Of a DNA stretch of 64,000 bases, positions 47,364 to 58,153 are shown in pieces (position 1 is the first letter of the stretch; every line of letters starts with the position of its first letter). This DNA comes from Acidobacteriota bacterium (GTDB lineage: Bacteria; Acidobacteriota; UBA6911; RPQK01; JAJDTT01). The position numbers and the translations under genes are program-made. Location of the stretch: NCBI GenBank assembly GCA_965217775.1, contig CBDCJH010000002.1:2464001-2528000 (forward strand), given 5' to 3'. The notes beneath the pieces were generated by a model, which was not told the origin of the DNA, made no database searches, and was given only the letters and a program-made list of their open reading frames with translations.

Positions 47364-49276
47364 GACGACGATTGGGAGTCCCCTTCCCCGGAGTTGCTCT
47401 CCGGATCGGCCGGTGCGACCACCATCAGCGGAACTTCCAAGACGGGCAGGTCCGCGCCGACCCGTCCTCCGACCACGGGTCTGGCGGTGATCCGAATCCA
47501 CTCGGGCATGCGGGTCACCGGAGCATCCGGTTCGGCCAGAAGGACCAGGGTCGTCTTCTGTATTCCGGGCAGGAAACTTTCCTCCTGTTTGCTGACGGGT
47601 GCGGAACTCTTCTTCTCCACGTCGGCACCCGGGAAGACCTGGACACCGGGCGGCAGGTTGGAACAGGCGAAGAGGACTTCACCGGCAAAGCCTTCTTCCT
47701 GGTGAGTGACGATGCTCAGCTTTCTGGCTATTCCCGGGACCAGGTTGATGCGTTCGACGGGGTCCACGTCGAAGGCCCCGACATGGGGAATCGGGGTTCG
47801 AACCAGCAACCGGTACTCGTAGTCCGGGCCGCCGTACCGCGAGGTGACGTCGCGAACCTCCACAAAGAACCGGCCGCTTCGCTCCAGCGTGTAGGCCATC
47901 TTGGGTTCGACCGTCTTCAAGAAGGAACTCGGAATACCGCCGCCGTTGTAGATCGTTCCATACTTGTGGACGTTGGCCAGCACCGAACCACCCTGGTCTT
48001 CGTACAGCTCCACGCGCGGATTGAAATGGGGCGGCCCCACCCGCGGCGTCGCCAGCTCGAGAATCAGTTGGGTGCCCGCCTCCCCCTCGAAGCTGTAGGT
48101 GTCGCGGTCGCCCGGGGCGCCGATAGTGCCGTCGATGAGCTCCCCTATGGAAGCCGGCAACGCCTGTCCGCGCAGCTCGTTGGGCTCCCGCTCCAGCAGC
48201 CGGGCCAGACCCTGGGGGGTTCGATCCGTCGCCGACGGCGTAGCATCCGGGGAGACCGCCAGGCTGCCGGCCCCGGTGGCCGTCTCGCGGCCTTGGGAAC
48301 GCGGCTGCTCCTGGAGGACGGTCCGGGATCGGAGACGGTCGGTCCAATCGGCCTCGATCTTCCGGGTGAAGTGCCGTTCGGTCCATGTGGGTTCAGACGT
48401 TGCCTGTGGAGCCGGGCCGGCGGTCAGAACCCGAAGCTGATAGCCACAGTCGGGGCCCCCTTTTCCCAAGAGCGACGCAACCTCCAACAGGTAGCGTCCC
48501 GACTCCGCCACACGGTAGGAGAAACGGTGCCGAACCGGAATCAGGTCGGAAGACACCTGCTCCCGGAAAAGGAGCCGGGTGGGACGGTCGGGATCGAGCC
48601 AGCTCCCGGTCGGCCGGTAAAGGGCAACCCGGGGCTCGAAGTGTGCGGCCTGGGTGATTACGAAGGTCAGCTCCTGACCGGCAACCGCGTCGAACCGATA
48701 GGCGTCCAGTTCGCCATGCTCGCCGATACGGCCGTTGACGATGACAGGGAGGTCGATCTCCTGCGCCTGCCGGGCCGATGGATGTGGGGTTTCGATCTCG
48801 CTGGTGACGGTGTCTTCGTCGACCCGGAAATGGAGCGCGTTGGAAACCCCTCGAGGAGAAACCAAGCGAAACCGATGGGTTCCGGCGGGAACCGACGAGT
48901 CCACGGTGAGGTGCGCCGTCACTCGAAAGAGGGGGTACGATTTCTTCTTGGGAGACGGGCGTGCCGGTTCCCGCCTCTCAAGCTGCTCGACTTCGCCGAC
49001 CTGAGCCTCCAAGCCGGCGGAACCGAAGACAACCGAATAGGCGCCGTCCAGCGCTTCCCCCCGGATCTCGAGTTCGATCCGGGATCCCTGCTGCCCGCCG
49101 GGAGGAAAGACCGAGATCAACGTCGGCTCGGGAAGGGCCTCATCGCCGGAGGATTGCGCCTGGAGTCGGCCCGTGGACGAAACGAACCACAACAGCGCGA
49201 TACAAGCCACCCCGAAGAAAAACGAACCGAGTCCGGAGAACCTGGGACGGTTGCAGTGTTGCCGGCGTTTCACCAC
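47360..49276 (-). CDS. PPC (pre-peptidase C-terminal) domain protein typical of DUF1549/1553 loci
   Basis: SVFPPGGQQG, GVSNAL.F, PVIVNGRI..GELDAYRF, EREPN, GDRDTYSF, YRLLVR. Confidence 0.82.
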   Translation of the reverse strand: MVKRRQHCNRPRFSGLGSFFFGVACIALLWFVSSTGRLQAQSSGDEALPEPTLISVFPPGGQQGSRIELEIRGEALDGAYSVVFGSAGLEAQVGEVEQLERREPARPSPKKKSYPLFRVTAHLTVDSSVPAGTHRFRLVSPRGVSNALHFRVDEDTVTSEIETPHPSARQAQEIDLPVIVNGRIGEHGELDAYRFDAVAGQELTFVITQAAHFEPRVALYRPTGSWLDPDRPTRLLFREQVSSDLIPVRHRFSYRVAESGRYLLEVASLLGKGGPDCGYQLRVLTAGPAPQATSEPTWTERHFTRKIEADWTDRLRSRTVLQEQPRSQGRETATGAGSLAVSPDATPSATDRTPQGLARLLEREPNELRGQALPASIGELIDGTIGAPGDRDTYSFEGEAGTQLILELATPRVGPPHFNPRVELYEDQGGSVLANVHKYGTIYNGGGIPSSFLKTVEPKMAYTLERSGRFFVEVRDVTSRYGGPDYEYRLLVRTPIPHVGAFDVDPVERINLVPGIARKLSIVTHQEEGFAGEVLFACSNLPPGVQVFPGADVEKKSSAPVSKQEESFLPGIQKTTLVLLAEPDAPVTRMPEWIRITARPVVGGRVGADLPVLEVPLMVVAPADPESNSGEGDSQSSS

Positions 49277-49475
49277 TCGGAGCTTTCCGGTTGTTGACTG
49301 AGAAGTGATTTCGAATCATACCACTTTGCCCCGGCAACAGCGAATTTCCAGGACTTTCCCCATTTTTTTGGGGGAACTCCTGTGAATTTCGCCGGGACCG
49401 AAGATGCGTTATCTTCATCCAAAACCGACGGGCGTGAGCCTCTTTTCTCCGATTTCTCGCCTTCAGGGACAGAAG

Positions 49476-52001
49476 ATGAGTCACACGACGGCTTGGCGAG
49501 GATGGTTTCCTTCCACTGCGGGATGGATCCTTACGCTGGTTCTTCTTCTAACGACCGGAAATCCCCTGGTGCAGGCCTGCGACGACGGCCGGGCGGTGCC
49601 GAATCCGAAGAGTAATCCCGGCCTGGTCGAGGACTGCAAAGCTCTGCTGGCCGCTCGTGACAAGTTGGACGGGGCTGGATCCCTGAACTGGAACGCGGGT
49701 TTGCCCATTAACGATTGGGAAGGAATCAGGGCCACGGGGACGCCGGCACGCGTCACCAGGATTGAGATCTTCGGCAACCGGTTGAGGGGACGGATCCCGC
49801 CGGAACTGAGCCGACTGTCCCATCTGCGGTATTTGGATATCTCCGACCATCAGTTGACGGGAGGGATCCCGGCAGAACTTGGACAACTGTCCCGGCTCAC
49901 GAGTTTACTGCTCAACTCCAACGGACTGACCGGAGAGATCCCAGTCGAGTTGGGCCAGTTGTCTCAGCTAGGGCAGTTGTGGATCTACGAAAACCAGCTA
50001 ACGGGAGGGATCCCAGTCGAGTTGGGGGAACTCACGCGGATGAACGCGTTGAACCTCTCCGACAACCAACTGACGGGACCGATCCCGGCGGAGTTGGGTC
50101 AACTGTCCCGGCTACACAGTATGCGGCTCGGTGAAAACCGGCTCACGGGACCGATTCCGGGTGAATTGGGTCAACTGTCCCGATTGCTGGTGTTGCACCT
50201 TTTCTCGAACCGGCTGACGGGACGAATTCCGCCGGAGTTGGGTCAAGTGACGGGGATGACCTGGCTGGAGCTTCACGACAATCGTCTGACGGGACCGATC
50301 CCGAAGGAGTTGGGGCGGTTGAACAATCTGTCCTCAATCGATCTGTCGTCGAACCAGTTGACGGGAGCGATTCCACCGGAGTTGGGCCAGATGACCCGGT
50401 TGGGGGGATTGAATCTCTCCGACAACCGGCTGACCGGATCGCTCCCGGGCGAGTTGAGCCAGTTGACCCGTCTCGGTTCGTTGAATCTCTCCCACAACCA
50501 GTTGACGGGACCGATCCCGGCCGAGTTCGGCCAACTGACCAATCTGGCTTACCTGGACCTCTCCGACAACCTGTTGACGGGACCGATCCCACCGGAGCTG
50601 GGTGGCCTCACCCGGTTGGAGTGGTTGCACCTCCACAACAACCGACTGTCGGGGTCGATTCCTCCGGAACTGGGCCAACTGACCGGACTCTGGCAGTTGC
50701 ACCTCCAGCACAACCGGCTGACCGGACCGTTCCCGGCTGAGCTGGGCCGACTGACCCGGCTGCAGGAGTTCAGCTATCTGGGCAACCAATTGACGGGACC
50801 GGTTCCCGCACGGCTGAGACATCTGCCCGACCTGTACGTGTTGAACTTGAAGGCGAACTGGGTGGGTCCGGGCCGCGTAAAGGTGACCTGGGACGACCCC
50901 GGCGATCCCACGGTCACCTACGAGTTCCGTCTCTGGTCCCTGACCCTCCGGGACTGGATCCCCAGGAAGGAGATTCCGGAGACGGCGTTGACGGCCGGGG
51001 AAGGCTTGACCATCGAATCCACATTGACGGATCTGCCGGCCGCTGCCCGCTACACCACCATCGCGGTGCGGGCGATCAACAAGGACGGTCCCGGCCGGGA
51101 AGCACGGGCCCCGGTGGAATCGCGCGAGATTCTCGACGACACGGACGACGACACGAGTCAGGAGCCGGACGCGGACCCCTATTGCCGCTCCCTGTGGGAC
51201 GGGGAGCCCTGTGCCACTGCCGCCGTCCTTCCCCACGTCTTCATGGGGCCTCTCGGGGAGAACGTCGCCGAAGCTGAAATACTCATCACCCACCGGAGTC
51301 TTGAGCCTCAGGCCTGCGACGTCGCATTGCTCTTTCATCGGGGGACGTCCGATGCTCCGGAGATCCTTTTCGACCACCAGACGATTGCAGGGAATCTTCT
51401 CCAAGCCACCGTTCCAGCGGGAGGAGCCCGAATCCTGACCTTGACGGCGGATGCGGCGGACCTGGTGGTCGGCGCGGTCTCGGTTTTCGTCCGCTCTCCT
51501 TGTGCGGCCGACTCGCTGCAGGTTCAGGGATGCTACCTGGTGGAGAACCCGGCGGGGGGCGAGATTCAGGAGGTCTTTTCCGTTTCGGGCCAATCTCCCG
51601 AGGAATGGCTGCGAGACGGGGACTGCCAGGTCTTGACCGGAGTCTTCGGCCCCGGACGGGATCTGGGTCTCGCTTACGTGACCACCGATCCCCAGCGAGA
51701 AGCTCCCGAAGGCGCTCGACTCCTTTTTCGCTCCTTCGATCTGGAAGGGAACCCCCTGGACCACCCGTTCAGTAGCCTGGAGATCACCGGGGAACAGACC
51801 GCTTCGTTTCCGTGGAGCTTCGGGGAGCCCACCATCATCGAGATCTGCCTGGAGGTTCCGGGAACGGACAGCGAATTCCGGATCTCCACCATCGCCATCG
51901 GAATCGTCCGGAAGGGAGGCAACGTGCAGTGGAGTGATGAAGCCGTCGTGGACAGGTACGGGTCGGAAAACCCCTCGGCGTGGTCGGAATCCGGACGTTG
52001 A
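49476..52001 (+). CDS. Secreted plant-type LRR protein (15 LRRs) with FN3-like and C-terminal domains
   Basis: 24-aa LxxLxLxxNxLTGPIPxELGQL repeats, LRRNT-like cap with C/W, VTWDDPGDP, C-terminal domain shared with the paralogue. Confidence 0.92.
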   Translation: MSHTTAWRGWFPSTAGWILTLVLLLTTGNPLVQACDDGRAVPNPKSNPGLVEDCKALLAARDKLDGAGSLNWNAGLPINDWEGIRATGTPARVTRIEIFGNRLRGRIPPELSRLSHLRYLDISDHQLTGGIPAELGQLSRLTSLLLNSNGLTGEIPVELGQLSQLGQLWIYENQLTGGIPVELGELTRMNALNLSDNQLTGPIPAELGQLSRLHSMRLGENRLTGPIPGELGQLSRLLVLHLFSNRLTGRIPPELGQVTGMTWLELHDNRLTGPIPKELGRLNNLSSIDLSSNQLTGAIPPELGQMTRLGGLNLSDNRLTGSLPGELSQLTRLGSLNLSHNQLTGPIPAEFGQLTNLAYLDLSDNLLTGPIPPELGGLTRLEWLHLHNNRLSGSIPPELGQLTGLWQLHLQHNRLTGPFPAELGRLTRLQEFSYLGNQLTGPVPARLRHLPDLYVLNLKANWVGPGRVKVTWDDPGDPTVTYEFRLWSLTLRDWIPRKEIPETALTAGEGLTIESTLTDLPAAARYTTIAVRAINKDGPGREARAPVESREILDDTDDDTSQEPDADPYCRSLWDGEPCATAAVLPHVFMGPLGENVAEAEILITHRSLEPQACDVALLFHRGTSDAPEILFDHQTIAGNLLQATVPAGGARILTLTADAADLVVGAVSVFVRSPCAADSLQVQGCYLVENPAGGEIQEVFSVSGQSPEEWLRDGDCQVLTGVFGPGRDLGLAYVTTDPQREAPEGARLLFRSFDLEGNPLDHPFSSLEITGEQTASFPWSFGEPTIIEICLEVPGTDSEFRISTIAIGIVRKGGNVQWSDEAVVDRYGSENPSAWSESGR

Positions 52002-52003
52002 AC

Positions 52004-52133
52004 TGGGAGGGGGGACATCCCTGTCCCCCTCTTCATCCCCGGCGCGAAACCGGCGGCTGGAAAGGTAGTGGGAGGGGGGACATCCCTGTCCCCCTCTTCA
52101 TCCCCGGTGCGGAACCGGCGGCTGGAAAGGTAG
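52004..52133. repeat. 65-bp tandem repeat x2 containing a REP palindrome
   Basis: tgggaggggggacatccctgtccccctcttcatcccc...ggaaaggtag twice. Confidence 0.85.
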
Positions 52134-52146
52134 CGTAACCTGAACA

Positions 52147-54744
52147 ATGACTCTACCGATGCCATCGCGAATCGCAGTCCCGGCTTCCATCGGAACCACC
52201 TCGTTGTGGAGCCTCGCATTCGTCCTCCTGCTCACGATGGGCAATGCTCGTCTGCTGGCCTGCGATGAGGGCACGGCCGTACCCGATCCGGACAAGAACC
52301 GCGGCTTGGTCGCAGACTGCAAAGTCCTGTTGGGGCTGCGCGACGAGTTGGCCGGATCCGGCTCCCTGAACTGGGATGCCGAATTGGCAATCTCCGACTG
52401 GCAAGGAATCACCATCTCCGGATCGCCAGGTCGAGTGTCCGCCTTGAAACTCAGAGAAACCCAGTTGACGGGCCAAGTTCCGGCAGAACTGGCAAAACTG
52501 ACCCAATTACAGGAGTTGCACCTTTACTACAACCAGTTGACGGGCACGATTCCACGACAACTCGGCGGAATGACCCGACTGCAATCGTTGGGACTCACCG
52601 CAAATCAATTGAACGGACCGATCCCGGTCGAACTGGCCCAACTGAAGAGATTGGAAAGGATGTCCCTGAGCCAAAACCAGTTGACCGGGCCGATACCGAA
52701 AGAACTGGCTCAACTTTCCCATTTAGAACACCTGAGCCTGGGCCAGAACCAACTGACGGGACCGATCCCGGCGGAACTGGGCCAACTGTCCCAATTGCAG
52801 TCATTGTACCTGGCGGACAACCACCTGACGGGTCCGATACCCAACGAACTCGCCCAACTGTCCCGACTTCAATGGCTGGTGCTCGGCGGCAACCGGCTGA
52901 CGGGACCGATTCCACCCCAGCTCGCCGAACTGTCCCGCTTACGATGGCTGTTGCTCGGTGAAAACCGGTTGACCGGTCCGATTCCGGTCGAGTTGGCCCG
53001 ACTCTCCCGGCTGGATTGGCTGCGGCTCCATCACAACCGCCTGACGGGGCCCATCCCGGCCGAGTTGGCCCGGCTTTCCCGGTTGGAATGGTCGCGCCTC
53101 GAACACAATGTCCTGACGGGTCCGATTCCGCTCGAACTGGGCCAACTGTCCCGACTCGTAGGGTTGCGCCTGGACCACAACCGGCTGACGGGCCCCATCC
53201 CGAACGAGCTGGGCCAACTGTACGGGTTGGCATGGTTGCGCCTCGATCACAATGTCCTGACAGGTCCGATTCCACCCGAACTGGGTCAACTGTTCCAGTT
53301 GGGATGGTTACATTTGGACCACAATCGGCTGACGGGTTCCATCCCGATCGAGCTGGGCCAATTGTTCCGGCTGGGCACCTTGCACCTCGACCACAACCGG
53401 CTGACGGGGCCCATCCCGGCTGTACTGGGTCAACTGTCGGAGCTGTTGTTCCTGCATCTCCAGCACAACCGGTTGAGCGGTCCCTTTCCGGCCGAGTTGG
53501 GGCAACTGTCCACCCTGTGGCAGTTCAGCTTTCGGGGAAACCGATTGACGGGACCTGTACCTCCGGAGCTGAGTCGTCTGCCCGACCTGTACGTGTTGAA
53601 CTTGGACGCACGCTGGGTCGGGCCGGACCGGATCAGGGTGACCTGGGACGATCCCGGCGACCCCACCGCCGTTTACCGGTACCGCCTTCGGGGATTCGAT
53701 TTCGAGATCCTGGTCGACAGCACGGAGATCTCCAAGACCTGGTTGAGACCGGGCAAGGGAGTGACCATCGAGTGGACCTTGACGGGTCTCCCCACGGAGG
53801 TCGCGTACAAGTCGATCGAGTTACGGGCCTCGAACAGCGACGGTTCATCTCCGGCAGCGGTCGCCGACGTGAGATCGTCGCGGCCTCCCGGTGACATCGA
53901 TCAAGAGCGCTATCCCCCTCCGTACTGCCTCTCCCTGTGGGACGGTGATCCCTGTGCTACCGCAGCCGTTCTGCCCCATGTCTTCATGGGCCCTCTCGGG
54001 GTGAACACCGCCGAAGCTGAAATCCTGATTACCAACCGGGACCCTGATCCCCAATCCTGCGAAATGGCGCTGCTGTTTCACACGGGAAGGTCCGCAGCTC
54101 CCGAGATCCTCTTCGACGACGAGCCGGCTGTAGGAAACCTGTACCAAGCTACTGTTCCCAGAGGTGGAGCCCGAGTCCTGACCTTGACGGCGGACTCGGA
54201 GGAACTGGTGGTTGGAGCCGTTTCCGTGTTTGTCCGCTCGCCTTGCACGGTCGACTCGCTGCGGGTTCAAGGGCGGTACTTGGTGGAGGAAGAGCCAAAC
54301 GGAGATATTCAGGAGGTATTTTCCGTCTCGGGCCAGACCCCGCGTGAGTGGCTGGGGGACGGGGACTGCCAGGACATCACCGGCGTCTTCGGCGCCGGAA
54401 GGGATCTTGGTTTCGCCTCGGTGACCGCCGAGCCGGAACGCGGCGCCCCGGCCGGCACTCGACTCTATTTCCGCTCCTTCGATCTGAAGGGGAATCCGAC
54501 GGCAGAATCACCCGGCAGCTTGGAGATCACGGGAGAACAGGCGACGTCTTTTCCCTGGAACTTCCAGGAACCCACAATCCTGGAGATGTGCCTGGACGTA
54601 CCGGAAGAAAACAGCGACTTCAAGCTCTCCACCATTGCCATTGGGATCGTGCAAAAGGGCGGGAACGTGCAATGGAGTGACGAAGCGTTTACCCGTCTTG
54701 ATTCTTCGAATGATTCTTCGGCTGTTTCCGACTCCAGTCCTTGA
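52147..54744 (+). CDS. Secreted plant-type LRR protein (16 LRRs), tandem paralogue
   Basis: Same architecture as 49476-52001. Confidence 0.92.
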   Translation: MTLPMPSRIAVPASIGTTSLWSLAFVLLLTMGNARLLACDEGTAVPDPDKNRGLVADCKVLLGLRDELAGSGSLNWDAELAISDWQGITISGSPGRVSALKLRETQLTGQVPAELAKLTQLQELHLYYNQLTGTIPRQLGGMTRLQSLGLTANQLNGPIPVELAQLKRLERMSLSQNQLTGPIPKELAQLSHLEHLSLGQNQLTGPIPAELGQLSQLQSLYLADNHLTGPIPNELAQLSRLQWLVLGGNRLTGPIPPQLAELSRLRWLLLGENRLTGPIPVELARLSRLDWLRLHHNRLTGPIPAELARLSRLEWSRLEHNVLTGPIPLELGQLSRLVGLRLDHNRLTGPIPNELGQLYGLAWLRLDHNVLTGPIPPELGQLFQLGWLHLDHNRLTGSIPIELGQLFRLGTLHLDHNRLTGPIPAVLGQLSELLFLHLQHNRLSGPFPAELGQLSTLWQFSFRGNRLTGPVPPELSRLPDLYVLNLDARWVGPDRIRVTWDDPGDPTAVYRYRLRGFDFEILVDSTEISKTWLRPGKGVTIEWTLTGLPTEVAYKSIELRASNSDGSSPAAVADVRSSRPPGDIDQERYPPPYCLSLWDGDPCATAAVLPHVFMGPLGVNTAEAEILITNRDPDPQSCEMALLFHTGRSAAPEILFDDEPAVGNLYQATVPRGGARVLTLTADSEELVVGAVSVFVRSPCTVDSLRVQGRYLVEEEPNGDIQEVFSVSGQTPREWLGDGDCQDITGVFGAGRDLGFASVTAEPERGAPAGTRLYFRSFDLKGNPTAESPGSLEITGEQATSFPWNFQEPTILEMCLDVPEENSDFKLSTIAIGIVQKGGNVQWSDEAFTRLDSSNDSSAVSDSSP

Positions 54745-54813
54745 GATGAATTAAGGAGAGAAAGAAAGGGCAGGTATCGACACTTCGGCAGCAGTCCCTG
54801 CCGTAAGCCCTCG

Positions 54814-55443
54814 TCAATGTCCGTCCAACTCTTTAACGTAAATGTTCTTGAACCACAGCGGCCAACCATGATGCTGGAGCACGATCGGGCCTTCGGCCCG
54901 TTTGAAGTCGGCCGCAAACCTGTCGATCATAAGCTGGTCGTTGAGATGCACGGTGACGGTTTCATTCTGGACGCGGATCTCAAAGTGGTTCCACTCTCCC
55001 AGCGGACGGTCGACTGTCCGTAGTGGGTCTTGTCCCTTGCTGGTGTAACCCACAATTCCACCCGACCCGTGGGGAGATGAGTAAACGACTGCCGTTCTGT
55101 CCCAGATCTCCACTTGCAGCTCGCCACGCAGAAAGATTCCACTATTGCCGTCTTTCTCAATCTTCCAATCGATGAGAAAAATGAAATCGCCGTACTCCTT
55201 TTCCGTGCTCAAATTGCGCTCGAACACCGTCTTGGGTGCAGGTTCCCAGCCTCCGCCGTCGTAAAGAATCATGCCGTTCTCGGCCCGCCAGTGCCCGCTG
55301 CCATCATCCTTCCAACCGGTCAGATCGTGGCCGTTGAACAGCTTCGTAAATCCATCGGGCGGCGAGTCGTGCGATGGCGTTGCACATCCTGGAGCCAGGG
55401 CGAGCACCGCGGCCATAGACAGCAATTTCAGGATTCGCATCAT
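54814..55443 (-). CDS. DUF1080 lipoprotein
   Basis: Lipobox APGC, LFNGHDLTGW, GNSGIFLR, GEWNHF, IVLQHHG, FKNIYVKEL. Confidence 0.88.
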   Translation of the reverse strand: MMRILKLLSMAAVLALAPGCATPSHDSPPDGFTKLFNGHDLTGWKDDGSGHWRAENGMILYDGGGWEPAPKTVFERNLSTEKEYGDFIFLIDWKIEKDGNSGIFLRGELQVEIWDRTAVVYSSPHGSGGIVGYTSKGQDPLRTVDRPLGEWNHFEIRVQNETVTVHLNDQLMIDRFAADFKRAEGPIVLQHHGWPLWFKNIYVKELDGH

Positions 55444-58079
55444 TGCTCCTCAGGTTTTGAATGTAGAGTGTGGAAGGCCGGATCTTCCGGATTCCCGCCC
55501 GACCTTATATAAGCCACCAAATCCAGAATTTCTTCCTCGGAAAAGATATCGAGCAGTCCTTCGGGCATCTCTGAAATTTTCGAGACCGTGCGGGTTTTTA
55601 TCCGGTCCGCGGCAACTTCGGTCACCTTTTGGGTAAACGGATTCCCGCGAACCCGCAGCAGTTTTCCATCGTCGTAAACGACCCGGCCAACATGCAAACG
55701 ACCGTCTTCCATCTCGATCGATTCGTTGAAGAAGCGATCGGCGACCACCTTGGAGGGATCGAGCAGCGACTCCATCAGGTACTGCTCATCGAAACGATTT
55801 CCGGCTGTAGTGATGTCCGGCCCCGTGGTGCCTCCCTGGTCGCCAAAGCGGTGACATCGGGCGCATTCCGCGGCCTCGTAGGCAAACTTGCCCTGCTCGT
55901 AGGAGCGGCCGCTCTTCACCTGCTCGAGCCGGGGCAGAAAGTCGGCAACCCGCCAGGTGCGCACGAATCCACGGGACGGACCCTCATCAGCGTCCCTCAA
56001 AAACCGTTGATCTTCGATGATCTCCTCCAGTGCCTGGAGTTCCTCTTCGCTGAGGGTTTCAACGGCAGCTTGCCGCAGGTTTTGAATCGTGTAGATGAAA
56101 CGGCTGTTCAGACCCTTCCTCCCGAGTGTCTTCTCGGCACGAAGATACTCCCCCTGGGACAAATTCAGTGCACGGAAGTAGGTTTGGCGCTGGGGCAGCG
56201 TCCAACCCTCTCCGAGATGACTCAAGGCGGCGAAATAAAACAGCTTATCTTGTCGCGCGCCGGATTCGATCAGTCTCAAAGACTTGTCGATGACACCCGG
56301 ATCCTTCAAGTAGACCAGGAGCCGGCAAAGCTCCTGGTTCAGTGTCCGGCTGGAGGAGGGAAAAAGACGTCCCAGCCGTTTGACGGCCCGTTGCCCCAAT
56401 CCGTTGCGCCGGCCGCCCATCCGGACAAAGGCCAGACTATAGGCGCGTAGCGCCTCCAGAAGTTGATCCTCGGGAAGTTGCTCCAGAGGGAGCCGGCCGA
56501 GCCTCGCCAAGACCGCCTCCTGCAGCTCCGGCCGACCGGTTCGCGCCAGGGCCAGCATGGCCTGGATCGACGCGACGGTGTCGTTCTCGCGCAGCGCGCG
56601 ATCCTGCCACTCTGCAAGATCCTGACGCTCGATGGCGACACGCGCCGCATAGCGAAGTGTGCGATCCGGGCTGGCCAGGTGAGGCCACGCCTCCGCCGCT
56701 GCGCGACGGTCCTCTTGACCATGGAACTGCTCCAAGCGGCTTCGAATTCGCCGTGCCCGCTCCGCTGCGGGATCGTCGACGGGATCGGCCGGATCGGTGA
56801 CTTCGTCTCCCCGATAGCGGATTCGAAAAAGACCCGACTTGGCCTCCCTCCCGCCCACCGTGAAATACATGTCTCCATCCCGGTTGATCACGACGTCGGT
56901 CACGGGCACGGCACTTCCCGTCAGAAACGGTTCGAAGCTCGCCGTATAACCCGCCCCCTGCGGTTTCAGGTGAACGGCATAGATCTTCCCCGACGCCCAA
57001 TCGCACGCGAACAACGCCCGCTGATACCTGACCGGAAAACGAGCCCGGGTCCCAAAAACCAGGCCGGTCGGCGACCCGAACCCGATATCGACTACGCTGC
57101 CGACACTGTCGGGGTAGTATTCAGGCCACTTTCCATAAGGTGTCCAACGCCCGGTGTCGTAGCGCCAGCCATACTCCCCTCCCGAAACCACCTGGTTGAT
57201 TCGAGTGGGGCGGTACCAGGGCTTGCCGATGCCGGCTTCGCTGTCCGCATCGAAGGCGAACAGCTCGCCGTCGGGGTTGAATGCCAGGTCGTAGGGGTTC
57301 CGGAAACCTGCGGCAATCAATTCCCAGACAGAACCTGTTTCGTCGGTACGGGCAACCCAACCGGCCGGCACAAATCCCGGCTCGCGGGGGATCAGCAGAT
57401 CGTTGGCCCAATTCCGGAACGGAGAGGTTCGCGCCAACCCTTCCGGAACCTTGGTGCCGTTGCCCGCCACGAGATAGATGAGACCGTCGGGGCCGAGCAC
57501 CGCGGCGTGGGGCCCGTGCTCGCCATGCCCATTCTCGTTGTCCACGGCCTCCAACCGTTTCAACAGCCTGACCTCGTCGAACCGATCGTCTCCATCGGTG
57601 TCCAGCACCCGATAGAACCCACTGCCTTGCGCGACTTTCTCCTTCGAGGTCCGGTACAGGTTGACCGTGACATAGAGACTGTCATAGGCGTAGAGAAGCC
57701 CCTGGGCGTGCCCGACGGGAAGCTTCAACTTCTCGACTCTTGTGCCGGAATCTCCAGCTCCGAGAGTCACCCGGTAAAGACTCCCGAATTGATCCGCGGT
57801 GATGAACCGCCCTGCGGAATCCGGCGTCAACGCGACCCAGGAACCCTGTTCCTCCAGCGGCACCGAATAGACCAGCTCCACCTCAAATCCCTCCGGCACC
57901 TGAAGCTGCCGGGAGACGTCCAACAGGCCTTGGTCGTGGGTTGTTTTTGGATCCTCCTGTTGGGAAGGATCGGGCTGGCTCTGACAGGAAAAGGAAATGC
58001 CGGACACGATCCAGATGACAATGGCGGCCAAGTGCTGCCACCAGCCATTTTGATGATCCTTGATTGAAAACCCAGGCAT
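55440..58079 (-). CDS. PVC-type heme-binding protein (beta-propeller, HEAT repeats, cytochrome c); start uncertain
   Basis: VPEGFEVEL, DTDGDD, GEHGPH, GFRNPYD, GSPTG, CARCH, GPDIT, SEMPEGL. Confidence 0.88.
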   Translation of the reverse strand: MPGFSIKDHQNGWWQHLAAIVIWIVSGISFSCQSQPDPSQQEDPKTTHDQGLLDVSRQLQVPEGFEVELVYSVPLEEQGSWVALTPDSAGRFITADQFGSLYRVTLGAGDSGTRVEKLKLPVGHAQGLLYAYDSLYVTVNLYRTSKEKVAQGSGFYRVLDTDGDDRFDEVRLLKRLEAVDNENGHGEHGPHAAVLGPDGLIYLVAGNGTKVPEGLARTSPFRNWANDLLIPREPGFVPAGWVARTDETGSVWELIAAGFRNPYDLAFNPDGELFAFDADSEAGIGKPWYRPTRINQVVSGGEYGWRYDTGRWTPYGKWPEYYPDSVGSVVDIGFGSPTGLVFGTRARFPVRYQRALFACDWASGKIYAVHLKPQGAGYTASFEPFLTGSAVPVTDVVINRDGDMYFTVGGREAKSGLFRIRYRGDEVTDPADPVDDPAAERARRIRSRLEQFHGQEDRRAAAEAWPHLASPDRTLRYAARVAIERQDLAEWQDRALRENDTVASIQAMLALARTGRPELQEAVLARLGRLPLEQLPEDQLLEALRAYSLAFVRMGGRRNGLGQRAVKRLGRLFPSSSRTLNQELCRLLVYLKDPGVIDKSLRLIESGARQDKLFYFAALSHLGEGWTLPQRQTYFRALNLSQGEYLRAEKTLGRKGLNSRFIYTIQNLRQAAVETLSEEELQALEEIIEDQRFLRDADEGPSRGFVRTWRVADFLPRLEQVKSGRSYEQGKFAYEAAECARCHRFGDQGGTTGPDITTAGNRFDEQYLMESLLDPSKVVADRFFNESIEMEDGRLHVGRVVYDDGKLLRVRGNPFTQKVTEVAADRIKTRTVSKISEMPEGLLDIFSEEEILDLVAYIRSGGNPEDPAFHTLHSKPEEQ

Positions 58080-58153
58080 TAGATTCCAGTCACCTTTGCT
58101 TCAACTTTCGCCACGGACTGCTAGGATACCCAGAATTGGAAGGAGAGACTCCC

